A DNA stretch of 63,834 nt, counting the filler, from Lama guanicoe (Eukaryota), in the NCBI GenBank assembly GCA_013239625.1. It is 80 parts of 78 records of this genome, joined end to end, with 100 filler letters (N's around TTAATTAATTAA, not from the genome) between each part and the next. Parts side by side here need not be neighbours in the genome. Positions count along the whole stretch, not along the records: positions 1 to 705 come from MU056754.1; positions 806 to 1,713 come from PNXV01022533.1; positions 1,814 to 2,626 come from PNXV01022535.1; positions 2,727 to 3,555 come from MU056757.1; positions 3,656 to 5,122 come from MU056758.1; positions 5,223 to 5,611 come from MU056760.1; positions 5,712 to 6,410 come from PNXV01022589.1; positions 6,511 to 7,157 come from PNXV01022592.1; 72 more parts are not named here. One strand, 5' to 3'. Every line of letters starts with the position of its first letter. Positions within the stretch are counted from its first letter, which is position 1. The notes beneath the pieces are model-generated. The model was not told where the DNA came from. It worked only from the letters and a program-made list of their open reading frames with translations, and did no database searches. The position numbers and the translations under genes were made by a program. Positions 1 to 11,799 of this stretch are shown here, piece after piece.

Positions 1-705
1 AGTAACCTTATCAGCTGAGGGACGAGGAGGAAGAAAGAGTTACTGGAGCAATGAGAAGAAGATAAGAAAGAGATTTCCAGGGAGAATGGGACAGTGAAAA
101 GAGCAGGGGGAGACGGAGAAGTGCGCTCCCAGAAAGTTACATTTTCTCTTTGACGTCCCCAAATGTGTGATGTGTGATTGCCCTTCCTGCTGTCTACGAA
201 ATANNNNNNNNNNNNNNNNNNNNNNNNNNNNGGAAATGCTATTTCATTCTAAGAGGCTGCCTGTTTCTCAGGAATGGTCATCTTAAACTGCAAATATTAC
301 AAACAATGTTGAAAAGATGAACCTGTGTACCTAAAATCCCCTATTTTCTATTAATCTGGTTACTATTTAGTACTCCTATCAATAACGCATAACCAATACT
401 GCCATGATGGAGGTACATCGATGCTTAAAAGGAAATGAGATCTGTATCCTTTTCCTAAATTCCATGGCTTTCTTAATATGCAGTTCCCCTTGGAATTTAG
501 GAATGTCTGGTATAAGAAGTGAGAAAGAGTTTGAGAAAATCCCTGCTCAGAATTACACAGCACAACCACATCTCAGAAGTACATACAGCTATAAAGAATT
601 TTAGAAGCAGAAATCTGTAACTACTCTTAAAGACTTTTGCAAACCTGGGCCTGTCCGATGTTTCCAAACTGGAAAGGAACTCCAATTACTTGCCTGGTAC
701 CGGGA

Positions 706-805
706 NNNNNNNNNNNNNNNNNNNNNNNNNNNNNNNNNNNNNNNNNNNNTTAATTAATTAANNNNNNNNNNNNNNNNNNNNNNNNNNNNNNNNNNNNNNN
801 NNNNN
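706..805. other. Artificial scaffold linker N44-TTAATTAATTAA-N44 (first of ~79 copies; core of the last copy at 63655)
   Basis: Identical 100-bp block between every piece. The palindromic 12-mer has TAA at offsets 2, 6 and 10, giving stops in all six frames. Confidence 0.98.
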
Positions 806-1000
806 GGTAGTGATGATGGTGATAATGGTGGTGATGGTGGTGGTAATGGTGGTGATGGCAGTGGTGATGGTGGTAATGGTGGTGATGGCAGTGGTGATGG
901 TGGTGATAATGGTGGTGATGATAGTTATGGTAGTGGTGATGGCAGTGGTAGGGGAGGTGGTGACTGTGGTGGTGGTGATGGCAGTGGTGACAGTGGCACT
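806..1000 (+). repeat. Imperfect (GGT/GAT/GTG)n trinucleotide simple repeat
   Basis: Run of GTG GTG ATG GTA GCA triplets; explains the Val/Met-only ORF 810-1007. Confidence 0.95.
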
Positions 1001-1378
1001 GATTTAGGCACTGGCCCCTGCTAATTGATGAAAGCTCAGGTCCGGGTGAGGAAAGGACTTCTCCAGTGCAGTATCATGCAGAAAGTATGAAGGAATCTTC
1101 CTTTCTAGTCTATGTGTTCATTCCTAGCAGCAGAATCGTGTGAAAGAAGGGAGGGAAAATGCACCATAGGCGTCCCGTGACTCACATGCAACCTTGTGAA
1201 GAGTAAGGGAGAAGAGAGGGGAGATACACTTCACTGCAACGTGGAAGGGAAAACACCCATGTCCTAGAACAATAGATTACACCCAATATACTATTTCTAA
1301 ATTTAGAAATAAAATTCCTAATGACCAAATATGACCAAATTCTCATTATGAACAAGGTCATTTCCTACATCTGCCCAG

Positions 1379-1713
1379 TGCAACGTTGTGATTTTTAGGA
1401 AAAATATATTTGGTCTTTATCCACAGTTCCTGGCCCACAGCTTGCGAAGCCCTTAGACTTTCCTGAGCAGTAAGAACAATGGCATAATACTTGGTCTCTT
1501 GTGCTCAGTTTCTGAAAAAGCTTCAAGGACTTTCGGTTCCCACCCAAGGGTAGGGGCTGGTTGCCAGGGAAACCATGCATGTGATTAGAGGCTTGGAATT
1601 TTCAGTCCCACCCCTTCATATCCTGGTGGGGGGAGAGAGGCTGGAGGTTGAACCACTCGCCATCGTCAATGATTGAGTCAATCATGACTATATAATGAAG
1701 CTTCCATAAAAGC
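1379..1713 (+). mobile_element. LTR fragment, MER21-like
   Basis: Recalled MER21 motifs: aaatatatttggtc...cagttcctggc; gggctggttgccagg; catgtgattagaggcttggaattttcagtcccaccc; aatcatgactatataatgaagcttccataaaa. Confidence 0.75.
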
Positions 1714-1813
1714 NNNNNNNNNNNNNNNNNNNNNNNNNNNNNNNNNNNNNNNNNNNNTTAATTAATTAANNNNNNNNNNNNNNNNNNNNNNNNNNNNNNN
1801 NNNNNNNNNNNNN

Positions 1814-2626
1814 GGTTTAACCTCCACACGCTCAGGATTCCAGAAACATAATCCGTGCGTGGGGGAGCTCGAGAGACAACTTCCTGCAGCTCTCTTCACT
1901 CACAGATATTCCCGGTTCGGGGGAAGTCCGAGAAATACATTCCTTGACCTTGGGGTGGCAGCTGCTGACCCTGGGAATTTCAGCGCAGATCCCTTGCATT
2001 CCCTGGCAGCCAGACATTAGGAAAACACTCAGGGGAGACGAGCTAAGGCAATACGTTAGAACCCACGCGCTGCCGACCGTTGGTGGATCCTCCCGACGCT
2101 CAGGATTCTGGAACCATAATCAGTGCATTGGGGAGCTTGAGGAAAAACCCCACGCAGCTCTGTTCAGTCCCAGGTGTTCCCGGAACGGGGGAAGTCCGTG
2201 AAATACCTTCCCTAAACTTAGGGAGGCAGCCTCTGTCTCTGGGATTTCCTGTAAACCCCCCTAGCGTTCCCTGGCACAGAGACATTAGGAAAACCCTCCG
2301 GGGTGATGAGCTAAGGCATTCCTTTAGAACCCACGCGCTGCCGAAAGGTTGGTGGAACCTCCCCACGCTCAGGATTCCGGAAACATAATCAGTGCGTGGG
2401 GGAGCTCGAGAGACAACTCCATGCAGCTCTCTTCTGTCACAGGTTTTCCCTGTTAGGGGGAAGTCCGAGAAATAACTTCCCTGACTTTGGGGAGGCAGCC
2501 TCTATCACTGGGAATTCATGAAATCCCCGCAAACATTCCCTGGCAAAGAGACATTAGAAAAACTTTCAGGGCAGACTAGCTTAGGCATTCCGTTTGAACC
2601 AACGCGGTACCGACCGTTAGTGGAAC
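1814..2626 (+). repeat. CpG-rich ~267-269-bp satellite, ~3 monomers (family A)
   Basis: GAGCT(C/T)GAG recurs at 1865, 2133, 2402; GACATTAG at 2013, 2281, 2550. Confidence 0.95.
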
Positions 2627-2726
2627 NNNNNNNNNNNNNNNNNNNNNNNNNNNNNNNNNNNNNNNNNNNNTTAATTAATTAANNNNNNNNNNNNNNNNNN
2701 NNNNNNNNNNNNNNNNNNNNNNNNNN

Positions 2727-3555
2727 TCCCTGAGTGTTTCCCTAGGACTGACTCTGAGAGAATCCTGGGGGTTCGTCTTTGAGCGCATATAGTAGCGAGT
2801 GTCTCTGATGGACTGAGGAAGTATTTAGATGAATTCTCCATAAAGGGAAACACCTGAGCACCCATTCATCTGCGTGGAGTGGGGCTTCAAATCTCCCCAC
2901 GACACAAGGTTGAGTTCCAGTATCCTGAGGGTGCGGTAGTTCCTCCAACTGACATCAGCGTCTTGGTTTNNNNNNNNNNNNNNNNNNNNNNNNNNNNNNN
3001 NNNNNNNNNNNNNNNNNNNNNNNNNNNNNNNNNNNNNNNNNNNNNNNNNNNNNNNNNNNNNNNNNNNNNNNNNNNNNNNNNNNNNNNNNNNNNNNNNNNN
3101 NNNNNNNNNNNNNNNNNNNNNNNNNNNNNNNNNNNNNNNNNNNNNNNNNNNNNNNNNNNNNNNNNNNNNNNNNNNNNNNNNNNNNNNNNNNNNNNNNNNN
3201 NNNNNNNNNNNNNNNNNNNNNNNNNNNNNNNNNNNNNNNNNNNGCTTGACTTCCCTAAGTGTTTTCCTAGGCCAGCAGTAAGCGATGGTGGGGGATGGGC
3301 TCTAAAGCCAAGTATTAGCGAGTGCATCTCTGTGGGTAGTGGAGGGTTTTAAACTACTTCCCCAACCTTGGAACAACTGTGCCTCATAAAGATGCGTGGA
3401 ATTTGTTTCCCCACCCCCAGCACACACACGGAGACGTGCTCAGGTATCCTGATTGTGGGGAGGCTCCTCTAAATGTCACCAGCGCCTGGGTTCTAAAAGA
3501 ATACTAAGCATGTCTTCCCTGATGGCATGCCTAGGCTGGAGAGTGGGGGAAAGTG
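2727..3555 (-). repeat. Diverged ~265-bp satellite (family B, related to family A)
   Basis: 3244-3555 is the near-identical reverse complement of ~4670-4985; 2727-2969 aligns with 56170-56430. Confidence 0.88.
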
Positions 3556-3655
3556 NNNNNNNNNNNNNNNNNNNNNNNNNNNNNNNNNNNNNNNNNNNNT
3601 TAATTAATTAANNNNNNNNNNNNNNNNNNNNNNNNNNNNNNNNNNNNNNNNNNNN

Positions 3656-5122
3656 CAGGGATTACAAGCTAAGGGATTCTATTAGAACCCAGCCACTTAT
3701 GTCAAATAAAATTGCCAGCCCACACTCAGGATAGCAGAATACTTCTTCATGTGTGTTCTGGTGGTGGGGATACAGAGTCCATGCTTCTTTCAAGGAGCAC
3801 AGGTATTCCCATGTTGTGGGTTTTTGGTTAATAACCTCCAAATCCCATGGAGAAGCACTCNNNNNNNNNNNNNNNNNNNNNNNNNNNNNNNNNNNNNNNN
3901 NNNNNNNNNNNNNNNNNNNNNNNNNNNNNNNNNNNNNNNNNNNNNNNNNNNNNNNNNNNNNNNNNNNNNNNNNNNNNNNNNNNNNNNNNNNNNNNNNNNN
4001 NNNNNNNNNNNNNNNNNNNNNNNNNNNNNNNNNNNNNNNNNNNNNNNNNNNNNNNNNNNNNNNNNNNNNNNNNNNNNNNNNNNNNNNNNNNNNNNNNNNN
4101 NNNNNNNNNNNNNNNNNNNNNNNNNNNNNNNNNNNNNNNNNNNNNNNNNNNNNNNNNNNNNNNNNNNNNNNNNNNNNNNNNNNNNNNNNNNNNNNNNNNN
4201 NNNNNNNNNNNNNNNNNNNNNNNNNNNNNNNNNNNNNNNNNNNNNNNNNNNNNNNNNNNNNNNNNNNNNNNNNNNNNNNNNNNNNNNNNNNNNNNNNNNN
4301 NNNNNNNNNNNNNNNNNNNNNNNNNNNNNNNNNNNNNNNNNNNNNNNNNNNNNNNNNNNNNNNNNNNNNNNNNNNNNNNGCTATGTGGCCTCCAAGCCCA
4401 ACAACCAGCTGTCCCTCTTGGCCTGGCCAAAAAGAACACTCAGGGAACAGAAGCTAAGGGATACTAATAGAATCCAGGTGCTGCTGTCAGTTTGAGGAAC
4501 TTCCCCACACTCAGAATACAAGAACACATCTTCGTGTGTGTGCTGGATGTAGGGAAACAGTCAAAGCATCTTTCAGGGGGCACATTTATTCCATGGTTGT
4601 GGGTTGTAGGTTAAAAACCCACATCCCATGGATAGGCTCTCGCTAATACTTGGTTTAGAGCCCAACCCCCACTTTCCCCCACTCTCCAGCCTAGGCATGC
4701 CATCAGGGAAGACAAGCTAAGGGATTCTATTAGAACCCAGGCGCTGCTGTCATTTGGAGGAGCCTCCCCACAATCAGGATACCTGAGCACGTCTCCGTGT
4801 GTGTGCTGGAGGTGGGGAAACAGATTCCACGCATCTTTATGGGGCACAGGTGTTCCAAGGTTGGGGAAGTAGTTTAAAACCCTCCACTACCCACCGAGAT
4901 GCACTCGCTAATACTTGGCTTTAGAGCCCATTGCCCACCATCGCTTACTGCTAGGCCAAGGAAAACACTTAGGGAAGTAAAGCTAAGGGATACTCTTAAA
5001 AGCCAGGTGCTGCTGTCTGTTGGAGGAACCTCGCCAAACTCAGAACCCCAGAACACTTCTTCCTGTGTGTGCAGGACGTGGGGAAATAGCACACGCATTT
5101 TTCCGGGGTCACAGTAATTCCA
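3656..5122 (+). repeat. Diverged ~263-266-bp satellite (family B), several monomers
   Basis: AAGCTAAGGGAT recurs at 4451, 4714, 4980 and near 3666. It shares the TTAGAACCCA.GCGCTGC...GGAACCTCCCCAC.CTCAG blocks with family A. Confidence 0.92.
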
Positions 5123-6029
5123 NNNNNNNNNNNNNNNNNNNNNNNNNNNNNNNNNNNNNNNNNNNNTTAATTAATTAANNNNNNNNNNNNNNNNNNNNNN
5201 NNNNNNNNNNNNNNNNNNNNNNCCCTTCACTAAAATCTAAGCTAAAAACGGGAAGCATTCTGTTTTGCACATTGCATATCCTTGACACTAAATATTTGAT
5301 GAACAAACCATTTTAGTCTAATTGTGGAAGCCCATTTTTCATCATGAATACTGTGACATCTTATTCCAAGTGAGAAAGATGCATGTGGGTTATTCTTCTT
5401 GAACTAGGACATACTTGAAGAAAGGCAAAAACCATTATACTAATCCCAAATCACAGTCCTTCTATAAAATAATATAAAAACCCAATGAAGAATGAAATTA
5501 CCCATCCTGTATTCCACGGTCATGCTTCTTCAGCCTCCTTTACAGTTAATGGGTACAGTATGGCTTTACTCTATTTGCATTACCTCCTGGGTGAATTCAT
5601 TTTCTGTTCTGNNNNNNNNNNNNNNNNNNNNNNNNNNNNNNNNNNNNNNNNNNNNTTAATTAATTAANNNNNNNNNNNNNNNNNNNNNNNNNNNNNNNNN
5701 NNNNNNNNNNNATAATAAAGAAAATCAAATTGATGGGAAGGGTCGAAGCAGCCACTGTGCCCCCAGCAGTGTGCCAGACAGCCATGCCAAATGTTAAGCT
5801 GCACAGGTCCTGTCTCTGCCCTGGAACGATCAGAGTGGGGGTGACAAATCTGTTGTGTCTGTGCCCCCACTAAACGGCTGCTGCTCAGCGACAGCACTAA
5901 TGAACCACAAGGTCCTCCAGCCAAGGACCTTACAGGGTGAAGGGTTCCATCAGCACATTATCAGAGAGGGCTCTGGAAAGAGGCAGGAAAGAGGGAGGAA
6001 GGAAGAGGACATTCCAAAACAGGGGAACC

Positions 6030-6217
6030 GCTACATAAAATAGATAAACCACAAGGTCCCACTGTACAGCACTGGGAACTATGCCCAATACTTCGTAATG
6101 GCCTAGAATGACAAAGAATCTGAAAGGGAACATATGTGTAAGTGAATCACCATGCTGTACAGCAGAAATCAACACATTGTAAATCAACTATATCATTAAA
6201 AAGTAAATAAATAAAAA
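6030..6217 (+). mobile_element. LINE-1 3' end with A-rich tail (cetartiodactyl type)
   Basis: aaaatagataaaccacaaggtcccactgtacagcactgggaactat...gctgtacagcagaaatcaacacattgtaaatcaactata followed by an A-rich tail. Confidence 0.85.
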
Positions 6218-6600
6218 CCAAGACAGAACAAAACAGGGGAACCACAGAGCGGAGGCTAAGGCGTGAAGGTGACAGCGCCTCCACCTGGGCACCAGGAGCC
6301 CAGCACTCACCGGCCGGCCTTGAGCCAGCACCTCTCGGGGTGGGGCCTCCCAGCCAGGATGATGCAGGGCAGGCACACAGGCTGCCTCTCCAGCACCCGG
6401 ACGGTGGAGGNNNNNNNNNNNNNNNNNNNNNNNNNNNNNNNNNNNNNNNNNNNNTTAATTAATTAANNNNNNNNNNNNNNNNNNNNNNNNNNNNNNNNNN
6501 NNNNNNNNNNGCCAGCCAGCCTGTGCAGAAAGCCCGCAAGAGCATCCTGCCTCATGGCATCAAGAATCACAGGGTCACCCATTCCACATCTCACACCTAC

Positions 6601-6982
6601 CTTTGACAAAGTTCCTATTTCTTCTGGCCGATGGTTTCTGCCTGGTTCCTTGAGTGACCTCATGGCATATCACTGGCTTGAATTCAGGATGAATTTGCTG
6701 ATCTGGAGTACCGGTTGAGCATAGATCCCCTCCTTCTCCAATACCTTTGTCCATTTCTGCACGTTTACTTGGTTGGCTTCTGTTTCTCTTTGGTTGAACT
6801 TGGTTTTGAGATCTCAGTTGCCTTTAAATGGTTGCATCTCAAAATAGATTTCCATAGGAAACGTCATCTTTTCTATTATGCTTGGCACACTTTTATCTAC
6901 TAGAAGGCTGATGATGTGCACGTTTTGTTTCTGATTTCAGCTCACCACTGCCTTGAATTAGATTTTGTTTCTTTTTTTTAAG
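6601..6982 (-). pseudogene. Candidate decayed coding exon of an unidentified multi-copy gene
   Basis: Minus strand: acceptor cctttcctgtctcctaag, 382 nt, donor AAAG|GTAGGT. One frame reads LKKKKQNLIQG...AEMDKGIGEGGDLCST...RRNRNFVK with 3 in-frame stops. A paralogous copy lies at 49460-49619. Confidence 0.45.
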
Positions 6983-7879
6983 CTTAGGAGACAGGAAAGG
7001 ATTTTGGTCAATAGGCTTTGAATTTATGCATGCGGGTTCATGTCTGCAAAGGCACCCCTTTGTGGTTCCTGTTTATAAGTCTACAGATAGAGGGAGTTTT
7101 TTTTATTCTCCTAAATTACATTCTATATAAAAAATAATTGCTTTTAAAAATATACATNNNNNNNNNNNNNNNNNNNNNNNNNNNNNNNNNNNNNNNNNNN
7201 NTTAATTAATTAANNNNNNNNNNNNNNNNNNNNNNNNNNNNNNNNNNNNNNNNNNNNCCTTTTTCTTACTGAAGCAGCCTTGGCAAGGCCTTTCCTTGGA
7301 CCCACTCCCTTGGCAATTCATTTGAGCCATTGAAATGAATGAGATTGAACATGAAAGAAAACATTCTGATTTAGACTTTCTCTACTTCCCGAGTTCCTGT
7401 ACTGATGTGGAGAAGAGTTCAGTTGTAAATACCTAGGAGATTGGTCTGGCTTTTTCTCCCTTCGAGTGTAATTTCTGCCCTGGACTGTCTTCCCGTTCCT
7501 GTGGATCAGAGCATGTGTTGGCTGGAGGGGTCGCGCCGATGTGACTGACCCTCAGAAGAGCCTGGAACATGGGAGACCGCTCTCAGTTACCGGCGTGACT
7601 CACGGAGCCCAGGGACTTTCTGTGGGGTCCACAGAGCCTGGGGACCCAGGACGGTGCCAAGAGGCTCCAAGCATAAAGCAGATGTCGTGGGTGGCCAGCG
7701 GGCAGGGCTCCTGGCGTGCCCCCCCGACATGCACACTTCATCCAGCATGACCCCCACTTTCCTCTGTTTTCTACGTTGANNNNNNNNNNNNNNNNNNNNN
7801 NNNNNNNNNNNNNNNNNNNNNNNTTAATTAATTAANNNNNNNNNNNNNNNNNNNNNNNNNNNNNNNNNNNNNNNNNNNN

Positions 7880-8281
7880 TAATCAGAGAAGTGAGAAAAT
7901 GCAGAAACAAAGGAAAATAGTCAAGCCAAACAAAAGAAAGCAGTGTAGCCACTAAACAAAGTCAGGGACGTTTAGTTCCTTCTCAAGGGCTATAGGTAAT
8001 ATTCTGAGCCATATCCTTTGAGCTGTTTTGCAGATAATGAAACCCCCACTAGGAGGAAGGAGCTAACTGTATTCTGCCCACAAGCCCTGGACTCCAGACT
8101 GGTTGGAACCAGAAGGTTGATGCTGTTGACTCCGGATTACCTCACCAACAGCACCTCTCACCCTTAAAAACCTTTCCCTAGAAGCCATCAAGGAGTTTGG
8201 GCTTTTTGAGCACTAGCTGCCTAGACTCCTTGCCTGGCACCTGCAATAAACACTGCACTTTCCTTCATCACAACACAAGCC
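7880..8281 (+). mobile_element. ERV1-type LTR, middle/3' part (cetartiodactyl family)
   Basis: aatcagagaagtgagaaaatgcagaaacaaagg...ggttggaaccagaaggttgatg...polyA signal caataaac near 8244. Confidence 0.8.
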
Positions 8282-8639
8282 NNNNNNNNNNNNNNNNNNN
8301 NNNNNNNNNNNNNNNNNNNNNNNNNTTAATTAATTAANNNNNNNNNNNNNNNNNNNNNNNNNNNNNNNNNNNNNNNNNNNNTTTTTTTTTTTTTTTACAA
8401 TAAGGAGACTCTCAAGTATACTTGGGAGTCGAGAATAAGAGAACAAAAGTTCTGCCACATTCAGGAAGTAACTGGTTAGTTAACTAGCAGCGATTATAAG
8501 CCTCTCTCATCCCTCACTCACTGTAGAGTCTGTATGGAGAAAACTTAGACCAGAAGTGAAGTCTTTCCTGGTATATCAGTCTGAGTCTGGGTGCTTAGTT
8601 CATGGGCTAACAGAGACAAGGGACTTGATTCTATAAAGA

Positions 8640-9000
8640 ACTGTACTCTTATCTCCTTCTGTGTTAATGATATTAAATTAGAAATAAGACACTGCCTAGC
8701 CCCTCAAGGAACTATCGCCTACTGCAGAGAGACACGTCAAGTAAACAGCTGTGACTAAATAAGACAATTGCTTTAATGATGTATGTGCCAGGAGCAGTAG
8801 AAGGAGCAGTAGCACCTGTATCAGCCTGGGGCTGTCAAGTTCAATGTCACAGAGAATACAGCAATCGAGCTGAGAGTTTTAAGAGATAAAAGTTGATTAG
8901 ATTCCCAAGAGAAGAGGGGCCTAGGAAGAGGGGACAGTGCCTACAAAGGTATAAAGGAGCAAGGCTGGTTCTGGAATCTACAGGCAATTCAGTATTTTGG
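8640..9000. mobile_element. Old L2-like fragment
   Basis: aaataagacactgcctagcccctcaaggaact...aagaggggacagtgcctacaaaggt motifs typical of L2 3' regions. Confidence 0.5.
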
Positions 9001-9019
9001 GATTAAAAGTAGGAGATAA

Positions 9020-9137
9020 TCTAACTGAGCAGGACCCTATGGGACTTTCCTGGGACAGACCCCTCCGTGTCCTCCACCTGCCTTTTGTTTGTAGAAAAAC
9101 TCCTAGGCCTTCCCCAAGTTCCAAAGAATAAATTTAA
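9020..9137 (+). mobile_element. 5' part of the same LTR family as 7880-8281
   Basis: actgagcaggaccctatggg...cctgggacagaccc...gtagaaaaact...agttccaaagaataaatttaa, recalled as the start of that LTR. Confidence 0.7.
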
Positions 9138-9344
9138 NNNNNNNNNNNNNNNNNNNNNNNNNNNNNNNNNNNNNNNNNNNNTTAATTAATTAANNNNNNN
9201 NNNNNNNNNNNNNNNNNNNNNNNNNNNNNNNNNNNNNGCACAGTATCTATTACCACCGCAGAAACGGACTTACATGGAAGCATAATCACGGCAGACTCGC
9301 TGCCCCTAGGGGCTCGGATGTCTTCCCCTCTTATGACTGTATTC

Positions 9345-9510
9345 AGCGGCTTGGTTCACCAGAAATAGAGCTCCAGTCACACAGGTAACTTTAAATTTAC
9401 TGGGAGCCACGATGAAAAAATAAAAAGAAAATCGTAAAGAGTTTAAAAATACACTCTACCTCATCCAGTATGTCTAAAATATTATGATTCAAACATGTGA
9501 TTGACACAAG
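9345..9510 (+). mobile_element. hAT-Charlie DNA transposon fragment, MER33-like
   Basis: cagc...agaaata...gtcacacaggtaactttaaatttactgggagccac...aaaaagaaa...ccagtatgtctaaaatattatgattcaaacatgt matches the recalled MER33 layout. Confidence 0.65.
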
Positions 9511-9653
9511 AATGCTGGGAAACAAGCCGCACCTACATTCCCACGAGCTTAAAACATCACATTACATTCACACTGCTTAGAACGCACACGCTCGCTTTGT
9601 TTAATCGTTTACGCAGTAGACGACCTATAGCACGCATTACGCTAAAGAAAACG

Positions 9654-10079
9654 TGTGAGGGGCGATCCTGAGATTGACCGTGAGGGCACGGAGGAGGGCA
9701 GGTACTTCCTTAGGGTAAAGCAACGGACGGGCCTGGAAAGCCAGATCGCCCATGAACAGAACTTGGTTCCGGCATGGAAGCAGGTGGTTTAGCCCCGGGG
9801 AAGTACTCGCTATCTCCAGATGTCCCGGGGGCAATCACAGGATAGACTCAGAACGTTGCACACCCCGAGGAGGGTGGCTGTTCCTGGAAGAGATGGGCCT
9901 GAAATTAATCAGCTAGCCAGCAAGCAGAACTGAGTGCTCAGTGCATGGAACGTCTAAAGCCCCACCTCTCTGATCGCATTTTTTCCTGAGCTGTTTACTC
10001 CTAATAAATATGATGTCGACCAGGTTTTCGGGACTCTGGATCCACAAGACCTTGAGTCCCCTGGTCCCATCTTTGCTCT
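9654..10079 (+). mobile_element. Probable young ERV LTR
   Basis: Abrupt TGTGAGGGG start, CpG-retaining sequence, AATAAA at ~10003 followed by a U5-like tract. Confidence 0.55.
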
Positions 10080-10319
10080 NNNNNNNNNNNNNNNNNNNNN
10101 NNNNNNNNNNNNNNNNNNNNNNNTTAATTAATTAANNNNNNNNNNNNNNNNNNNNNNNNNNNNNNNNNNNNNNNNNNNNAAAGCAGAGCAGGAGAAGTTC
10201 AGGTGTGTAGCATGATACATGCCTGTTTGGGGGGGGGGGAGAATGATTGGCCATTTCCAGATATAAAAAAAAGTCTGTGAATTGACTGAAACAGTGAATG
10301 AAGTTCATTGTGATGCGTT

Positions 10320-10374
10320 TTAAGGTCCAAGTGATTCCCACTTCTTCATGTAGTAATTTACCACCCGGCTGATC
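10320..10374 (-). CDS. Candidate terminal coding exon, unidentified (ISRVVNYYMKKWESLGP*)
   Basis: Acceptor-like ctcctaacag followed by an open frame to TAA; no homologue recognised. Confidence 0.25.
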
Positions 10375-11069
10375 CTGTTAGGAGGCCGCAACCCGTGGGT
10401 GTGGAAAGCACCAAACTGTTGCATCACATTTTTTTACTGGAAGCTTATTCTCAAACTATTCCTATTTTGAAAACAGAATTCACTTAGGACCTGATTCTGT
10501 TCAATTAAGACACTTGAACTTTTTCTTAAAGATGTATGAACAATGTCTCATCCATTTTTATGTATTACAATGCAACACAACATTATTCGATTGCAATGAA
10601 AGGGCATGTTGAGAAGGCAACGATTATACTGTGTCTACTTCATCAACACATTTTGACAAATTTTAAAAAGNNNNNNNNNNNNNNNNNNNNNNNNNNNNNN
10701 NNNNNNNNNNNNNNTTAATTAATTAANNNNNNNNNNNNNNNNNNNNNNNNNNNNNNNNNNNNNNNNNNNNAGAGAGAAAATACTGTTTCTATTTTATGTA
10801 CAATTACAGTTTAGGTCAATAAAACATTTTTTTTATTGTCTACCTAGCACTATTTCTGGTTCTGAAGATGCAAAGGTGACTAAATGTAGTTCTTAATGTT
10901 AAAGAATTTACAGTCCAAATGAACTAACTAAACAAATTCTAATACTTTCTTTAGACTTCCTCATGATGTTCCAAGTAAAAGAGAGACTTAAGATAGTGGT
11001 ATTCTTTCTGCAGTCCCGTCTCTGTTAGTAGAATTCCACCAACAATTCTATAACTTAGATTTTTCTTTT

Positions 11070-11500
11070 AATTTTTAAGATAACAATGCTGAATTGTTGA
11101 TTAAAGACACCAAGCTTCAAAGTGGTCAGTCACAAATGTGTATGTGGTCCATGGACTTTCTTTAACACCAAAAGTACTGATAATATTACAACTAGAAAAA
11201 TAAACAGAATATAAAGGAATTTGATTTTAATACACAAATGAAGATGATAGAAAATTCATAGGTGCTTTAAATGAATCCAAAACTCCAAGTCCAAAAGTAT
11301 GCATTAATGCCATAAGAAGAAAATTCAGAGAATTCTGATGAACCAATTTCCAAAATTATGGAATATTTAAAAAATAGAATTTTTGAACTAAGGAACTATT
11401 TTCCTAGCTTTTAACACAGAGAAATAAAGTTGATTGTATGTATTAGAAAATATAGATCTGAAAAATAATGATTTGGGATTTTAGAAAGAGAATCCATGAT
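11070..11500 (+). mobile_element. Old, decayed L1-like fragment
   Basis: A-rich sequence resembling L1 ORF2 tether/RT remnants. Confidence 0.35.
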
Positions 11501-11799
11501 CGCCGACATTTATAGGTAATATATAGGCAGAAAGATTCTTATACTCAGGAATAGGGAAATGCCACTTAGGGTCTATGTCTGAAATCCAAAAAGTTATTAG
11601 TCTCTGAAAATACTTGTCAGGTGAATCAATAATTGACAAAATGATCTTGTATCTAAGAGATATTGGAAATTATTACTTGTAAACTGTGGACATTTCATTN
11701 NNNNNNNNNNNNNNNNNNNNNNNNNNNNNNNNNNNNNNNNNNNTTAATTAATTAANNNNNNNNNNNNNNNNNNNNNNNNNNNNNNNNNNNNNNNNNNNN

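Noticed and set aside
810..1007. Val/Met-rich membrane peptide (His/Thr-rich on the other strand)
   Set aside because: Simple trinucleotide repeat.
5223..5611. Possible processed pseudogene on the minus strand
   Set aside because: No sustained frame or recognisable protein.
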